A program made the position numbers and the translations under genes. From the NCBI RefSeq assembly GCF_963921235.1, contig NC_086097.1, positions 131,752,001-131,816,000 of the forward strand: a stretch of 64,000 bases of DNA, read 5' to 3'. The DNA comes from Mobula hypostoma. Taxonomy: Eukaryota. Of this stretch, positions 50,601 to 64,000 are shown one piece after another. How positions within the stretch are numbered: position 1 is the first letter of the stretch; the number at the start of each line of letters is the position of its first letter. The notes under the pieces are model-generated. The model was not told where the DNA came from. It did not search any database and saw nothing but the letters and a program-made list of their open reading frames with translations.

Positions 50601-53600
50601 ATTAAAGCCTGGGGGGTGGGAATGAAGGAAATTATAGATGATGCACAAAGTTAACATACAGTTGAGGGAGAGAGAGAGAGGAGGGAATGTTTAGATAAAG
50701 GAAGTTAGAGATGCACTAATGATTTGGGTAGAAGATTAGATTAGTTTAACTTATTTTCATATCACCAGGGTGCAATGAAATTCCTGGTTCGCCTGAAGTT
50801 CACAAAGTAAACAGTATACATTGTAGTTATTAATATTAAGGACTCTATCATTCATTCAATATGAGATAGCAAACAAGAGGTCTGATAATTTAGAGATAGT
50901 TGAGGGATCAAAGGAGTTGATGCTGAGTATTATCAAAATACAGATGAAAACTTTGCAAATCATGACATTTGGCAGCTAATTTTCTTATAGCGAGGTCTCA
51001 GCATTAACAATGTAGCTTTTGCTATGAGCGTTATACAAATGCTACAATATCAGCTTTCCATTGGGATCTACCTCCGATATCCGGTTGCATTGATTCTGTG
51101 ATCAAAGTTGAATTTTGGTGTTTCACTGGGAGTGAGGGATCGATATTAGTCAAGACAAAAGGGAGGATGCCCCAGTCCCATGACATCTTCCTATCTATCT
51201 GAGACAGCAAATGGGGTTTTGATTCAGCATCCTCGCCCCAGACAGTGCAGCTAGTGCAATTGAACATGTCTTATAGTAAGTTTACAAACCTGAGGGTATA
51301 ACCTGTACACTGTGTTAACAACGTAGGCTGTCTCATCACCTATAGAGTGTGTCAGATTAAGAGTATCATTTAATTTTGCAGGTGTATACGCATGACATTG
51401 AAATCATGTCATTGACAGCAGCATGACAATATAACTTTCTATATTAACTAGGATACATTCTGATTCCAATAAATTCTGATTGATTATAAGATTGCATGCT
51501 ATCAATTAATTTGAGCATCAATTGACATTTATGATTTGCTGTAGGACATAGGCTGACAAGTTTGTCCAACATTTCTTTCTGCATTGCTTGGAGGGTTGCT
51601 CACTCAACTAGTATCACAGTTACACATTAAAGTAGCTGGCATGGTTTAAATATGTGAAATGACAGAGGTGACCAAGCAGGGATAGATCAAACGCTGCATC
51701 AAATCAGTCTCCCACCTTAATGCCTAACTAATTCGTTAAAATGTATATGTTCACCTCAATGTGCTGAGACAGGCTAAGGGAATAAGACCTCACGTGGATC
51801 TGTGCTAGCTTTCTCATGAAGTGTTCAATATTTCAGACAGAGGCCCTACAGCTTAACTTCCAGGTCTATTTGTTGAGAGTGGCAGAAGGAAAGGGTCTGT
51901 CATACCCTCGTCTGTGCCAGTGCAGAGAACATAGAACAACACAGCACAAGACCTGGCCCTTCGGCTCACAATGTCTGCACTGAATAGGATGTTGAATTAA
52001 ACTAAATCTGTTCTGCCTTCATATGATCCTCTACCTTCTACATATTCATGTGTAATTCTAACAGCCTTTTAAACACCATTGTCATACCTACTTCTACCCC
52101 TGCCCCTGGCAGCCATTCCAGATATTTACCACTGTGTGTGTGTGTAAAAACAAAAATAAACTGGCCCTGTACATCTCCTTTATAACTTACCCTCTTTTAC
52201 TTAAATTCAGGTCCATTAGAATTCAATATTTCAACCCTGGCAAAAATATTCTGACTGTCTACCTTATCTATGCTTCTCATAATTTTACAAATTTCTATTA
52301 GGTTTCCCCTTGGCCTCTGGCGTTCCAGAGAAAACAATCAGGAACAGAATTAGAATTAGATTTATTATCAGTGACATATGTCTTGAAATTTGTTGGTTTG
52401 CAGCAGCAGTACAGTGCAAGACATAAAAATCACTACAAGTAACAAAATAAATAAATTGTGCAAAAGATGATTAACGAGGTAGTTTTCACAGGTTCATCGA
52501 TCGTTCAGGAATCTGATGGCAGAGGGGAAGAAGCTGATCTTAAAATGTTGAGTGTGGTTCTTTAGGCTCCTGTACCTCCTCCCTGACAGGAGGAACAAGA
52601 AGAGGACATCAGCGATGGAGGGGGTCGTGGCTGCGATGCAACTGGCTGTGACTACTACCCTCTGTAGCCTCTTGCAACCCTGTGCATTAGAGCCTTCCTA
52701 ACAGGCTTTCCATGCCAAGCAATCCAAATTTGTCCAACGTCTCCTCATGCCCTCTATTCCAGACAATATCCTAGTGAACTGCTTCTGCATGCTTTCCAAA
52801 CCCTTATTGAACGCAGTGTTATCTTTCTCATGTGGAGATCTTGTGGTCCAGCTCCTATCTGAAGGCTCTGGCACAAACATTACTCTTCCTGAAAGTGGCT
52901 GGAGCAAGTTGAGTTCCAGGTTTGAATGCCACCCTTCATCTTTATTTAAGGGAGGTTCATTTTAGATGTTATTCAATGAGGTTGTACCAGGGGAGGGTTG
53001 TGATCACGTATTCCTTGTTAGGGTCTGTTTATCCCATTCTCAAGCAGTTGAAAGTTTGAGCTGCTGCTTGTATATTAAGTGGTCATATTTCCCTTTCACC
53101 TTGCCATTGGATCTTGAAGAGTCCCTGCAGCCCAGGTTCCATTCCATTCGTCCCCAATGACGATATTGATAAAGGCAGGGTGGTGCGACCCAGATATTTT
53201 CCTCAAATTCATAAGATGGATTAGGGCGAAGTTCAGGAAGTTTTTGGCAGTGGCTCACTGCTGACTTGCACAGCTCAACAGCTGCCGGGCGGGATAGCGT
53301 TCTCAGGAGACATGGAGTAGGGGATCAGCTTGAACGTTCTGATGCCAGCTCACAAAGTTGGGTTCAGCTGCAAGTCAATGAGTTTTATAAGCCCAACATA
53401 CTGGAACACTATTAAACCTAAAATGCAGGCTTTCCAGGGTCTGTACATTAAGATACAGTTCCTAGAATTGCTCTTAGTGCACCGGGGAGGTTTTACCAAT
53501 ACTTTATATAACTATTGCATAACTTCTAATCCCTTGAATTCTTGCTTTCTGCAAATAAAGGTCAGCATTCCATTAGCCTCTGTGATTATTTCTGTACCTC

Positions 53601-53984
53601 TCAATGACTTTTTAATGATCTATGTCCATAGACTCATGAGTCTCTTTGGACCTTCACTGCTTCCAGCTTTGCACAGCTTTGTACCATTTAGAGAGTATGC
53701 TGCTCTTAGCTTATTATGCCCTGTGAACTCATTATTCACTGAAAACATACGGAACAGATACATCATGCTGAAGGGCTCAGAGTATAATGACTTTGTGTAA
53801 ATCATGTTATGATAATAGTGCACTTTCCATAATGGCTCATAATCCAATAACTCACACATAACTAATTAACATAAGCATAATGTGACAGAGGCAACTTTGT
53901 AGCATGTGCTCAAGTTTGAATTAGTAATATTTGCTGCTTCTTAAAGATATCTGCGTCAATTTCAGAGTTGCGTGAGCTAAAATG

Positions 53985-54260
53985 TATGGTTAATGTTCCA
54001 GTGAGGAACTGGGGAAATGCCACATTATTAGACATGCCCCATTGTTAGATCTGGGATGATGATTAGGTTCCATCTGCTTTCACAGGAAAAGCAAGGGAGT
54101 TACACTGAGTTGTCTGGCCTCAATCAAAACCATTGAAAACATATTATCTGATCGCGTAGGAGTACAAACTAACTGCCATTTTTTTCGCATTACTACAACT
54201 ACTCCCCCTTGAAGGCATTTAATTGGCTAGCCAGTGCTCTTTAACTTCCTGATTGTTCAG
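53985..54260 (+). mobile_element. Ancient Deu-domain SINE remnant
   Basis: 'agggagtt...attatctgatc...aaactaactgccatttt..gcattactaca...gcatttaattggct...gtgctcttt' resembles the Deu-SINE 3' part. Confidence 0.4.
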
Positions 54261-57200
54261 CTATAGAGGTCACTGAGATAGCACCATAACCCGTGGGGTT
54301 CATCCTTGTAGGACAGAGCTTCTTTTCAACAATAAGATTTAGAGAGTGGGAACTCAAGAGAAATTGCTGCATGCCATTCATCTGCTGAAATATATGACTC
54401 CTGTAAATTTGGAGTCAGTATTGATTGCAGTTTGGGAATGCAGTGGGAGTTATAATGCACATCCACACACCTGCATCCTCAAAAATGCACCAGGTACAAC
54501 ATTGGTAAGGGTGCGGGCAGGAAGGGGACAGGGAGTGATAAGGGAGAAATGTTCATACTGCAGTTTTCAAATTTGAAGGAAATGTGTGATAGGAAGGAAG
54601 GAGGGTGTGACAATGAGATCCCTCCACTGCTAGGCATAGTCTCAACAATGGGTATCCCAGTAATGCCCAGCACCATCTCCTTCATGGTGCATAGGACTTG
54701 CAGGCATACATTTTCCTGCCTGCTGGTTTCTACTGAGCGTGCTTTTCCTGCAAAGGGGAGTGAAGTTGGCCATCAGGTGTGGTGCAATGTGTCTGACGTT
54801 GTTGTCTACCAGGCAATATGCTCAAGTGACGGGGCGTGGGTTTATGCCTTGCAGCAGCGAATATGAGGGTAAAGTAAGGAAAATAAGAGTTGGGTGTTCT
54901 GATGGGAATAGTTGGTTCCAGGATGTTGCTGCATTCAGCAGTATCAGAGTCGAGAGGTGTCACAGCTTCATAGAGTAGGTGTCCCAACCGGTCTATGCTG
55001 ACCAAGATGCCCATCCAAGCCAGCTTCATTTGCCTGTGTTTGTCCCAAATATTTTCTATCCAGGTACCTATTCAAATGTCTTTTAAATATTGTTAATGTA
55101 CAGTAAGCCCTCTGGTAGCTCATTCCATATCTGCACAGTGTCTGTGCAGAATTTGACCTTCAAGTTCCGATTAAATTTTCCTCCTCTCACCGTGAGCTTA
55201 TGCCCTCTAGTTCTTGGTTCCCTCAACCCTGGAAAAGACTGTCTGCACTCACCTTACCTATGTTCCTCATGATGTTATATATCTCTACCATATTCCACTT
55301 TATCCACCTCTCCCACATATGTCGGGAGATGGTGTTTGAAGGTGCATTCAGTGACATCTTGTCTGGGTTGATTAAATATCTTGCTGATCAATCTCCAAAT
55401 CCTTGGGGCATTAACTTCCATTTTTAGCTGCTTTTGGACATGTTCATCCATATTCCTTGTCCTCTATTAAAACATCCCATGTGGCAAATTCTGGAGGCCA
55501 ATCTCTTTAGCACAGATGTACTATTCTTCATTGCTGTCCCAAACGGGCCCTGCCTAATACAGCCAATTGAGTGTGGCAGTAGGTGCAGCAAGTAGAACTG
55601 CTGCCCTAGGCCCTACAGCCCTAGCGATCTGGGTTCAATCACACGGGTGCTGCTGGGTGGAGGCCATGCATTTAAAATGAAAGAGGGTGCGTGGGGCAAG
55701 CTTTTTACACAGAGAATGGCGGGTGTCAGAAGAGCACTGCCAAAAGATGGTAGTGTTTAGGCTCTTAGATAGGCACATGAATGTTCAGAGCATGGAGAGA
55801 TAGGGACACTGTGTAGGCAATAGGGATTAGTTTAGTTAGGCCCTTAATCAATCAGTATACATTAGTCACTCATTGTGGTTACCTTTGCCTCTTTTGCTCT
55901 TCTTTGGCACTTTTAATTTATTTATATTTTATATTTCTTATTGAAACCTGTAGTTTTTAACTTTTTTTGTTTTATATATTGCACTATACTGCTGCCACAA
56001 AACAGCACATTTCATGTCATATGTCAGCAAAAATAAACCTGATTCTGGTTCTATTTCAGGGCCTCTCCATTTTGACGGCCTTCCTCCATGCACAGTCATG
56101 CAGCTAGTTAGGTTTGTACAGTATCGAGGTGATAATATTTTCTAAATTAAAAGGGCATTTTTAATGGAAGCTTCTCAGCTGAATTTGTCTTGATGTGCCT
56201 GGTATATCATTAATTAGATATTAATAAACCAGAGATTCAAACAGTAAAGGGCAGCTATCTTTAATGGGCTGCTTGTGTGTTTGAAATGCTAATCATATTA
56301 ACTTCTGATGGATGATACATTAGGGTGGACACAATTTAATAAAACTGGGCACTCTAACAGGGAATGCCTTACAGTATAAATGATTAATGCATTTAGCAAA
56401 AAGAATAGTGACAGAGGACAAAAAAGAGTCATTACACTGCACTTCAACACATGTATACATCACATGTTAATAGGCTACAAGTCTGTGTGCCTTATAATGT
56501 CTTTGAAAGGTTATCTGTTTTTAATGACTGCTCTGCAGAATGGAATAATGAGGAATATATGTTCACTGTGTAAAGATCTGCTGCCTGTTTAACACATAGA
56601 TTAAGGCACGGTTACAGACTTAAGAGGGAGAATCTGTCTTTTTTTTAGAATGGGTACAAAATTGGGCGCTGTTGTACTGTTTTTGGGTACAGGGGACTGG
56701 AATAAAATTTGATGGGTGCACCTGCAGCTGCATGGACTCCACAAGAAATAATGTAATCCACGTCCCTATCTAGGAGTCACTTGGATGTCCCTAGTGTGCC
56801 TGCCTCTGCTACCATCCCTAGGGGTGCTCTCCACACACCCACCACTCTCTGGGTAAAAAAAATACTTATATTGTCACAGATGGCTGAGGAGGCCAAGTCG
56901 TTGGGTATACTTAAAGTGGAAATTGAAAAGTTCTTGAATAGTAAGGGAATCAAAGGTTATGGAGAGAAGACAGGAGAACGGGGTTGAAAGGGAAAAGAAA
57001 TCAACCATGATCGAATGGTGGAGCAGACTAGATGGGCTGAATGGCCTAATTCTGCTTCTATGTATTATGGTCTTAAAAGTGGAACTAGGCCATATTGCTC
57101 CTCATGTCCGCTCCATTCAATAAAAAATTCCATGCAATAACTCCAAATGCCTTGATTCTCTTAATAGCCAAACACATAGTGATCTCTGGAAAAGGTCATA

Positions 57201-57324
57201 TGGGAGATAAAGAAAGTAGGAGGTGTAGCCAATGATAGGCAGGGGCATGTAGATGAAAAGAACAATAATGTCAGTCACATTGTCACCTTGTAATGTTGAT
57301 AACAACTGTAACGTGCTGGAGTTA

Positions 57325-57830
57325 CACAGAAAATGCTGGAAGAACTCAATGGGTCAGCTAGCATCTGTGGAGGGAAATAGACAATCAATGTTTCTCTGTA
57401 CTCATGTTCTCTCCTTGATTTTCATCTGGACAAACAAAGCAGAAAGCTAATATTAAAATGGTGGAGGGAGGGCTGGAGAAAGAGCTGGTAAGGGATAGGT
57501 AGATCCAGGTGAGGAGGGGTGATTGGCAGATAGAATAGTGGAGAATAAAATTAAGCAATAGAGGCTGGGAAGTGATAGGAGGATATAACAAAGGGCTACA
57601 GATGATGGAATCTGATAGGAGAGGAGATAGGGTGGACAGCTGGGAAAAGTGGGGTAGTGGACCCAGTGGGAGGAGTGAGTGGATGATGGGCAAAGGGAAA
57701 GGGTGGAGGAAGGTAAAGGAATTGATGGGGGATGACGTGAATGTCTAAAGAACAGTCTATATCAGGAGAGAGAAAATGGGACAGAGAGAGAGAGCAGTTT
57801 AGTGGAAGCTGGAGAATTCAATGTTCATAC
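57325..57830 (-). mobile_element. Old PLE 3' fragment
   Basis: 'cacagaaaatgctggaagaactcaatgggtcagctagcatctgtggagggaaatagaca', a purine-rich tract, and 'gaagctggagaattcaatgttcatacc' (reverse of GMNIEFSSF). Confidence 0.75.
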
Positions 57831-58519
57831 CAACACACAGATATATGATTGTTGAACATTCTGGAGTTCAACAGTCAACTTTAAACCCTCTTGACATCAT
57901 GCAAGGCCTTACACTCATCAAGCTTCCTTCTCACCTCCCATTCCATCCCATTACCCCAAATGCTATTTAAAGAAACCATCAACTATTTAGAGGTTAAATC
58001 CCGCTTGAGTACTTATCACGATGTTATGAGTGTTGGGCATTTTACAATGCAAGAATGCTGATGGACCAATCACTGATTTCCAAGGGTTCTCTGAATAAAT
58101 AAATTGCTAACAAACATGGAACTATTCCTTTCGGCATACATATAGAGAATTCACAGAGGCTATGAAGAACAGAACAAGTTTATGGAAGTGGGAAGAGTAA
58201 TAGAAATTATAGAAAGATTGAGCTGGAACAAGACAGCAAGAACCACAGCCCCATTTCCCCAATTACAAGCAGATCCATACTCCATGTAGTCTGTTACTTG
58301 GACACAATGTGAAGATGTAGGTGACTTAAATTAAAGCACACAAACCATATGTACAGGAGAAAACATGCCATACTTTGGACATGTGGGTGCATTTATGGCT
58401 ATGGACCAAGACAGTATTTCATGTCCATAGTATGAACACATTCCTTCTGAGCAAACCAATGTAGAGCTGCTCCAGTGATTGATGACTGCAAAGCAGTAAC
58501 TTTCAGAGATCCGTGCGTA

Positions 58520-58521
<2 letters not shown>

Positions 58522-58551
<30 letters not shown>
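58522..58551. repeat. (TG)n microsatellite
   Basis: Directly visible. Confidence 0.95.
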
Positions 58552-58553
<2 letters not shown>

Positions 58554-58654
58554 GGGGGTTGCTTAATTGTTAATAGAAGTTTGTATACATGCAGAATGTT
58601 TATATGAATGTGGGCATTTATGTGTATGTTCGTCTCTGTGTGTCTCCATATTTG

Positions 58655-59590
58655 TCTCCACAATTTTCACCATCTCCAAAGGAATCCTACCACTAAACAT
58701 ACCTTTACCTCCCCCCACCCCCCGGCCCCACCGTTTTCTACAGGGATCACTACCGCTGCAATTCCCTTGTCCACTTGTCCCTCCCCACTAATCTCCTTCC
58801 CGGCACGTAACCCTGCAAGTGGCCTAAGTGCTACAACTGCCCCTGCACCTCTGTCCCCACCTCCATTCGGGGCCCCAGGAAGTCCTTCACAGTGAAGCAT
58901 GTCTTCACCTGTGAATCTGCTGGGATTGACTATTGTGTCCAGTGCTTCCTTTGCGGCCTCCTCTTCATTAGCAAGACCTTCCTTAAATTGAGGGACCGCT
59001 TTCTTGATCACCTCCGCTTTATCCGCCAAAAGCGAAACTTGCCGGTGACCGAACATTTTAATTCCAATTCCCATTCCCGTTCCGACATGTCAGTCTGTGG
59101 CCCCTTCTTGTGCCAGGATGAGGCCATCCTCAGAGTGGAGGAGGAACAGCTTGAATTCCATATGGGAAGCCTCCTACCCGATGGCTTGAATATCAGTTTT
59201 TCTTTCCAGTAAAAAAAAATCCCCCCCTTCCCCTCTTCTTCTATTCCCCTCTCTGACCTTTTACTTCTTTTCACCTGCTGATCACTTATGCCTAGGTTCC
59301 CTCTTGCTTCCCTTTCTTCTGTGGGCCACTCCGAACAGATTCCTTCCTCTCCAGCCCTTTACCTTTCCTATCCACTTGGCTCCACCTACCACCTTCCGGC
59401 TAGCCTCCTTCCCCTCCCCCAGCCTTTTTATTCTGGCATCTTCCCCCTTCCTTCTCATTCTGAAGAAAGGCCTCAGCCCAATATGTTGACTGTTTATTAA
59501 TTTCCATTGATGCTGCCTGACCTGTTGAGTTCCTCCAGCATTTTATGTGTGTTGCTTTGGATTTCCAGCATCTGCAGACTTTCTCATGTT
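58655..59590 (+). mobile_element. PLE 3' fragment (linker, GIY-YIG, UTR, decayed hammerhead tail)
   Basis: FTCESAGIDYCVQCFLCGLLFISKT..LRDRFLDHL..LPVTEHFNS..EEEQLEFHMGSLLPDGLNI. CTGAAGA is present at 59460 but GAAA is lost. Confidence 0.9.
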
Positions 59591-59632
59591 TATATATTGT
59601 AGTTAGACAGCTTTATAGAAATTATTCTGTAA

Positions 59633-59670
59633 TACACACACACACACACACACACACAGACACACACACA
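59633..59670. repeat. (AC)n microsatellite
   Basis: Directly visible. Confidence 0.95.
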
Positions 59671-61969
59671 TCACATGTCTGAGGGGCTGTAGGAGGTGGA
59701 GGGTCATGGTGTTGTTCAGTAAATTAATGGTAAAAGCAGCAAAGCAAACCAATCCCAGCTGAATAGTGATCTCTGAGGACTGGAGTTGATTTTCAGGCAC
59801 TAGATTTCTGCACTTGAAATACAACAATACCATGAAATGATTAATGTGAATTAAAGAGATGTTCAAAGCAGATGAAAACGATCAGCAAAACTATACACCA
59901 CAAACTGCAGGATATTTAACTTGATGTTCTGACATTGGGCCAGCAGAAATCTTGGTTAAAGTAGGCTCAACTCAGATAAACTGGAGCACCATGGGTCTGC
60001 AAATCCTAAAAACTCTGCAGATACTGAAAAACAGAAATTAAAAAACAGTCAGGAAGCGCTGGAAATACTCAGTAAATCAAGCACCATCTGTTTAGAGAGA
60101 GAGAAAAACAATTAACTTTTCACATCAGAGATCCATTGGTCAAAACACAATTGCTATATCTGGATTTTTTTTTACATATGACAAAGTGCAGAGTAAATCT
60201 TTGGAGGGCTTTATCCAGGATTTGCCTCCAGTTCTCCCTTCCACTTTCTGACATCATTCCCCAGTCTCCTGACACCCCCCCCCCACCACCCTCAGTTGCT
60301 CCCCTCTCCTGGATCCACCTATCACCTTCGAGCTCCTTCCCTCCACCATTTTAGTACTGGCTATCTCCCCTCTTAACTTCCAGTCCAGGAGATGGGTCTC
60401 AAACTGAAATGTCAACTGTCCATTTCCCTCCACAGATGCTCTAGTGTCCTGTGTGATAACTCCAGTTTGTTGTCCTTCATATTCTCTTGCCTCCTCTATT
60501 TGAGGCAAGAAAAAGCTTTTATCAAACTTTTGAATGGGGTACTCATATATAATGCATTATGCTGTATAATTGCCCACTGGGGAACCTAGTCATGGAAAAT
60601 CTTGACTATCTGATTGGATGATTGAATCTTACAGCAAACCAATTTTATTTTTAAATGAAGTTCTCTAGACGTTTATGGTAAATATAGATGGACTATACAA
60701 TTTAAAATAAAGATAGGCTATGCAGTTTAATGAAATCAACCTCCTCATTGCGCTTTATTCTTGTCTGACAGCTAATTTGTCATATATATCATCATGTACT
60801 GCTTTTGTCAAACTACGAAAATGATTGGGAATAAAAATTCCATGTGAAATCACTTAGCATGAAGAGGATTGCTCTGAAATGTTCCACTGGTTACATTCCA
60901 GGCGTCTTGTGTTATTGTTTCTTAGCTGTGAAATAAAGTAACAGGTACTTAACATACCAAAAACAATTTGTACAGACATTATTTCACCAATTCAAACTGT
61001 GCATGCCTCACTGAGAACTCCTTTATCTAACGGTGCCTAATACATTCTCATGCTGTGTGCTCTGATGACTTCATTTTACAGTTGAAAAGATCACCTGCGA
61101 CATGGGGAGCTGGGAAATGGGACTCTGGTAATTTTAGTTCGGGAAAATGTACTTTAGGTGCAAAGCAGAAAGAATAATCACGAAGCAATGAGAATTAAAC
61201 AGTGCTAGTAGTTTAACTTTGGGCATACATTCTAATAAATATCAGTGATTATGAATTCAGTTTTAAAGCCACTGAGCCTATTCAGCTGTGGAAGACTTTT
61301 TTTTTGCTATTATAATCTTAGATAAATGATGGCAGACAATTTAGAGTTAGACTTTTCCTTAGATAAACTGGTTTAATGTTTGAGGCTGAACACTCCCCAA
61401 TAGAGCTTTTCAGTTTTCACCAACCTAGCTTCAACTGCATTGCAACGAAAATGACATTTCAACTTGATCAGCTTTTAATGATACTTTTAGTCTAAACCTT
61501 GACTCTGCTCTTTATAGTAGAAGTTCTTGTATTGCAATGTGTACAGTTTCGATCACTGAAACAATCCTCAGTCTGAAATAAACTTATTGAAAATATTTTA
61601 TGTGTTCTGTTGGAAGTCAAAGAAGAGGTGATGATGTCGATGAATTTGGGGTTAAATTTAATTTCAGGCAGGTGGGATTCCACATGTTAATAGTGAAACA
61701 CATTGCTAATTTTTCAATGTCATAAATGAACTTATGAACAAGTAGAATTTTACTTGAGTGTTAGGGGCAGCTGGTAAATTTTATGAATTGACCAGTAGTT
61801 AAACAGCATCAATATTGAACAAAATGTTTACTATGTCTTCGCATTTCATTTGTTATGATATTGAGGGAGGCCATTTGGCTCATTGAATTTATGCTGGCCT
61901 CCAGAGCAATCCCTTTTCCCACATTTATTTGCAACCTTCAGTACTATCCCTCACATGCCTGTAACCCAG

Positions 61970-62225
61970 ATTCTCCTGTTACCTACCTGCCTAATGACCA
62001 ATTAACCTACCAACAACCATGCCTTTGGAAAATGGTAAAAAAACACTTACCCAGGAGAATTTATAGTGACCAATTAACCAACCGATCAGCATGTAATTTG
62101 GAAGTAAGATGAAATCCATCTGCTCTGAGAAAGAAAGTGCAAACTCCAAGCATGCAACGCTGGAGTCAGGATGGAACCCAGGTCTCTGAAGCTGTAGGGC
62201 ACCAAAACCACCTGCTGTACCCACT
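61970..62225 (-). mobile_element. V-SINE/HE1-like SINE remnant
   Basis: 'aaagtgcaaactcca...gtcaggatggaacccaggtctctgaagctgt' is the reverse of the head + V-core. Confidence 0.6.
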
Positions 62226-63579
62226 GTGGAATCTTCTGACATTTCAGGTCAATAACCTTTCATTGATTCAGATGTTCTGATAGAAGGATGCAGACCTAAA
62301 ATGTTAAAGTCACTATATCAATACAAATTGTGGCTGATTTCCCTGTCAGTGTACCTGCAATGTTACTTTGAAATTATGGCAGCAGTCATTGAATTTTTGG
62401 CCAGTTACAGAAAGCACATTTTTTTTATTTGAGGAGAAACATAATAAATAATAGATAGTCAACTACAATATATTTTAGAGAAATCACATTCATTAAAGGA
62501 AATTTGTTGAGCCTAGCCTCACTTTTATCTCCTCCTCCATGTTACATGCGTGAATGGTTAATTGGATTTGAGTTTACCTCACAAACTCCCAGAAAATTGA
62601 AATCCTACAAAGGTGCAATGGTCATCTTCAGCTCCAGAATGCTAGTCATTTCAACTTCCTTCCTCTTTTCCACATTGACCTGCCTGTCGTCAGTCTCCTC
62701 CACTGACAGGGTGAGGTCAAATACCTCAAATACTGCCTTGATAGTCTACAACTCCACAGAGTTGACAATGAATTCTCCAACTTCATGTAACCTACTGCCC
62801 CTCTGCTGATTTTTCTCTTCTAATTATTCCAGCTCCTCTCACACAGCACCTTCTTTCAAACTCTTATCATCCTGTCTCCCAGTTTCTTTCTCCCCTCCCT
62901 ACCCCACCTGCTTCCACCTATCATCACCCTCACATTCTGCCCAGTCAGTCCCCATCCACTTCCCTTCACCCACTGTTCCCATTTTACACAATATTCCTCC
63001 CTTATCTGTTTCCACTCACACCTCTTTTCCAAACAGATTCCATAATTTTCAGCCCTCAGCTTACCTCCAACAATCGCCTCTTGGCTTCTGTCACGATCTC
63101 CACCCCACCTTCCCCCACTAGCCTCACCTTCATTTGCCTTTCACTTGTCCACTCTCGCCTCACCCATCCCCCTCACCTTTTTATACTGGCAATCTCTCCT
63201 CTACACTCTCAGTCCTGATGCAGGATCTGGACCTGAAACATCAAATATCCCTTTGTCTCCACAGATGCTGCCTGTCCCACCAACAGCTCATAGTTTTTTT
63301 GCTAGAAATAATACATATGTGAAGAAATTAGCTGTGTGTTCACTGACAACAGTCAATGGCCCCTGGTTTTTATCTTCCCATAACAACACAGAAATAAACC
63401 ATTCAGCCCACCCTATACATACCAATCCCAGGGTGAAATCTCATTACTCTTATTTTCGTCTTACTTTCAATGTAGAGCTAGCACTCATTCCCCTGCATAG
63501 AAAACCCAATAACTCCTCTTTGATCCACTTTACCATTAACTTTACGAGATTAGTGGTAAAGTGAGAGTTACAAGGATGC

Positions 63580-64000
63580 AGCCAGACTTGAGGGACTTGG
63601 AGAGAGGTTGCGTGGAATGAGACTTTTTTCAGTAGAACGTAGGAGAACGAGTGGTGATCTTATAGTGGTGTATAAAATTATGATGGGCATAGACAGGATG
63701 AATACACACCGACGATTTTCCCAGGCTTGGGGAATCAAGAACTACAGGGAAAGGTTTTTATGTGAAGGGAAGAGATTTAATAGGAACCTGAGGAGCATAT
63801 TTATAATCCAGAGGCTGGTCCGTATATGAAATGATCTGCCTGAAGAAGTGATTGAGGCAGGTACAAAAAAACCTTCTGAAATACATTTGGACAGGTACAG
63901 GGATAGGAAAAGTCTAGAGGGATATGGTTCAAATGTGGGCAATTAGGACTAGCTTAGATGGGAATCTTGGTTGGCATTGACCAGTTGGGCCCAAAGGTCT
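63580..64000 (+). mobile_element. CR1 3' end (runs off window)
   Basis: LFSVERRRTSGDLIVVYKIMMGIDR...FIIQRLVRI; 3' UTR 'gaccagttgggcccaaagg'. Confidence 0.85.

Noticed and set aside
53330..53800. 156-aa ORF as a host gene
   Set aside because: No recognisable domain, and it largely overlaps what looks like an antisense decayed CR1 RT fragment.
59455..59495. Functional hammerheads in older tails (also 17206, 33047, 60381, 63211)
   Set aside because: Each has a substitution in an essential core (GAAA lost, CUGACAA, CAGAUGA, CUGAUGC), so they are reported only as decayed motifs.

Overview
Eukaryotic, repeat-rich non-coding DNA. It is most likely from a cartilaginous fish (ray/shark); this is inferred from the mix of CR1, Rex1/Babar, V-domain/HE1-like and Deu-domain SINEs and Neptune-type Penelope elements. 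I found no convincing host protein-coding exon, RNA gene or prokaryotic system. Main contents: (1) a very young, 5'-truncated Penelope-like retroelement (PLE, 1235-3557, 9-bp TSD). Its RT + Cys-linker + GIY-YIG frame is broken only by one indel in a C7 run, and its 3' UTR carries an intact minimal hammerhead ribozyme motif. (2) A dozen or more short PLE 3'-tail insertions, several with TSDs and inverted or tandem architecture. (3) An old, internally deleted Gypsy LTR retrotransposon (23856-27038, minus strand) with both LTRs, PBS, PPT and TSD, into which a 93-bp inverted copy of its own outside flank was later copied. (4) A solo LTR with a perfect 5-bp TSD. (5) A nested-hairpin Tc1-type MITE composite. 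(6) Several non-autonomous retroposons with TSDs. (7) Many decayed CR1 and Rex1 fragments, a ~33-bp minisatellite apparently derived from the DeuSINE core, and repeat-free AT-rich blocks that may be conserved enhancers. All family assignments are by motif recognition, not database search.
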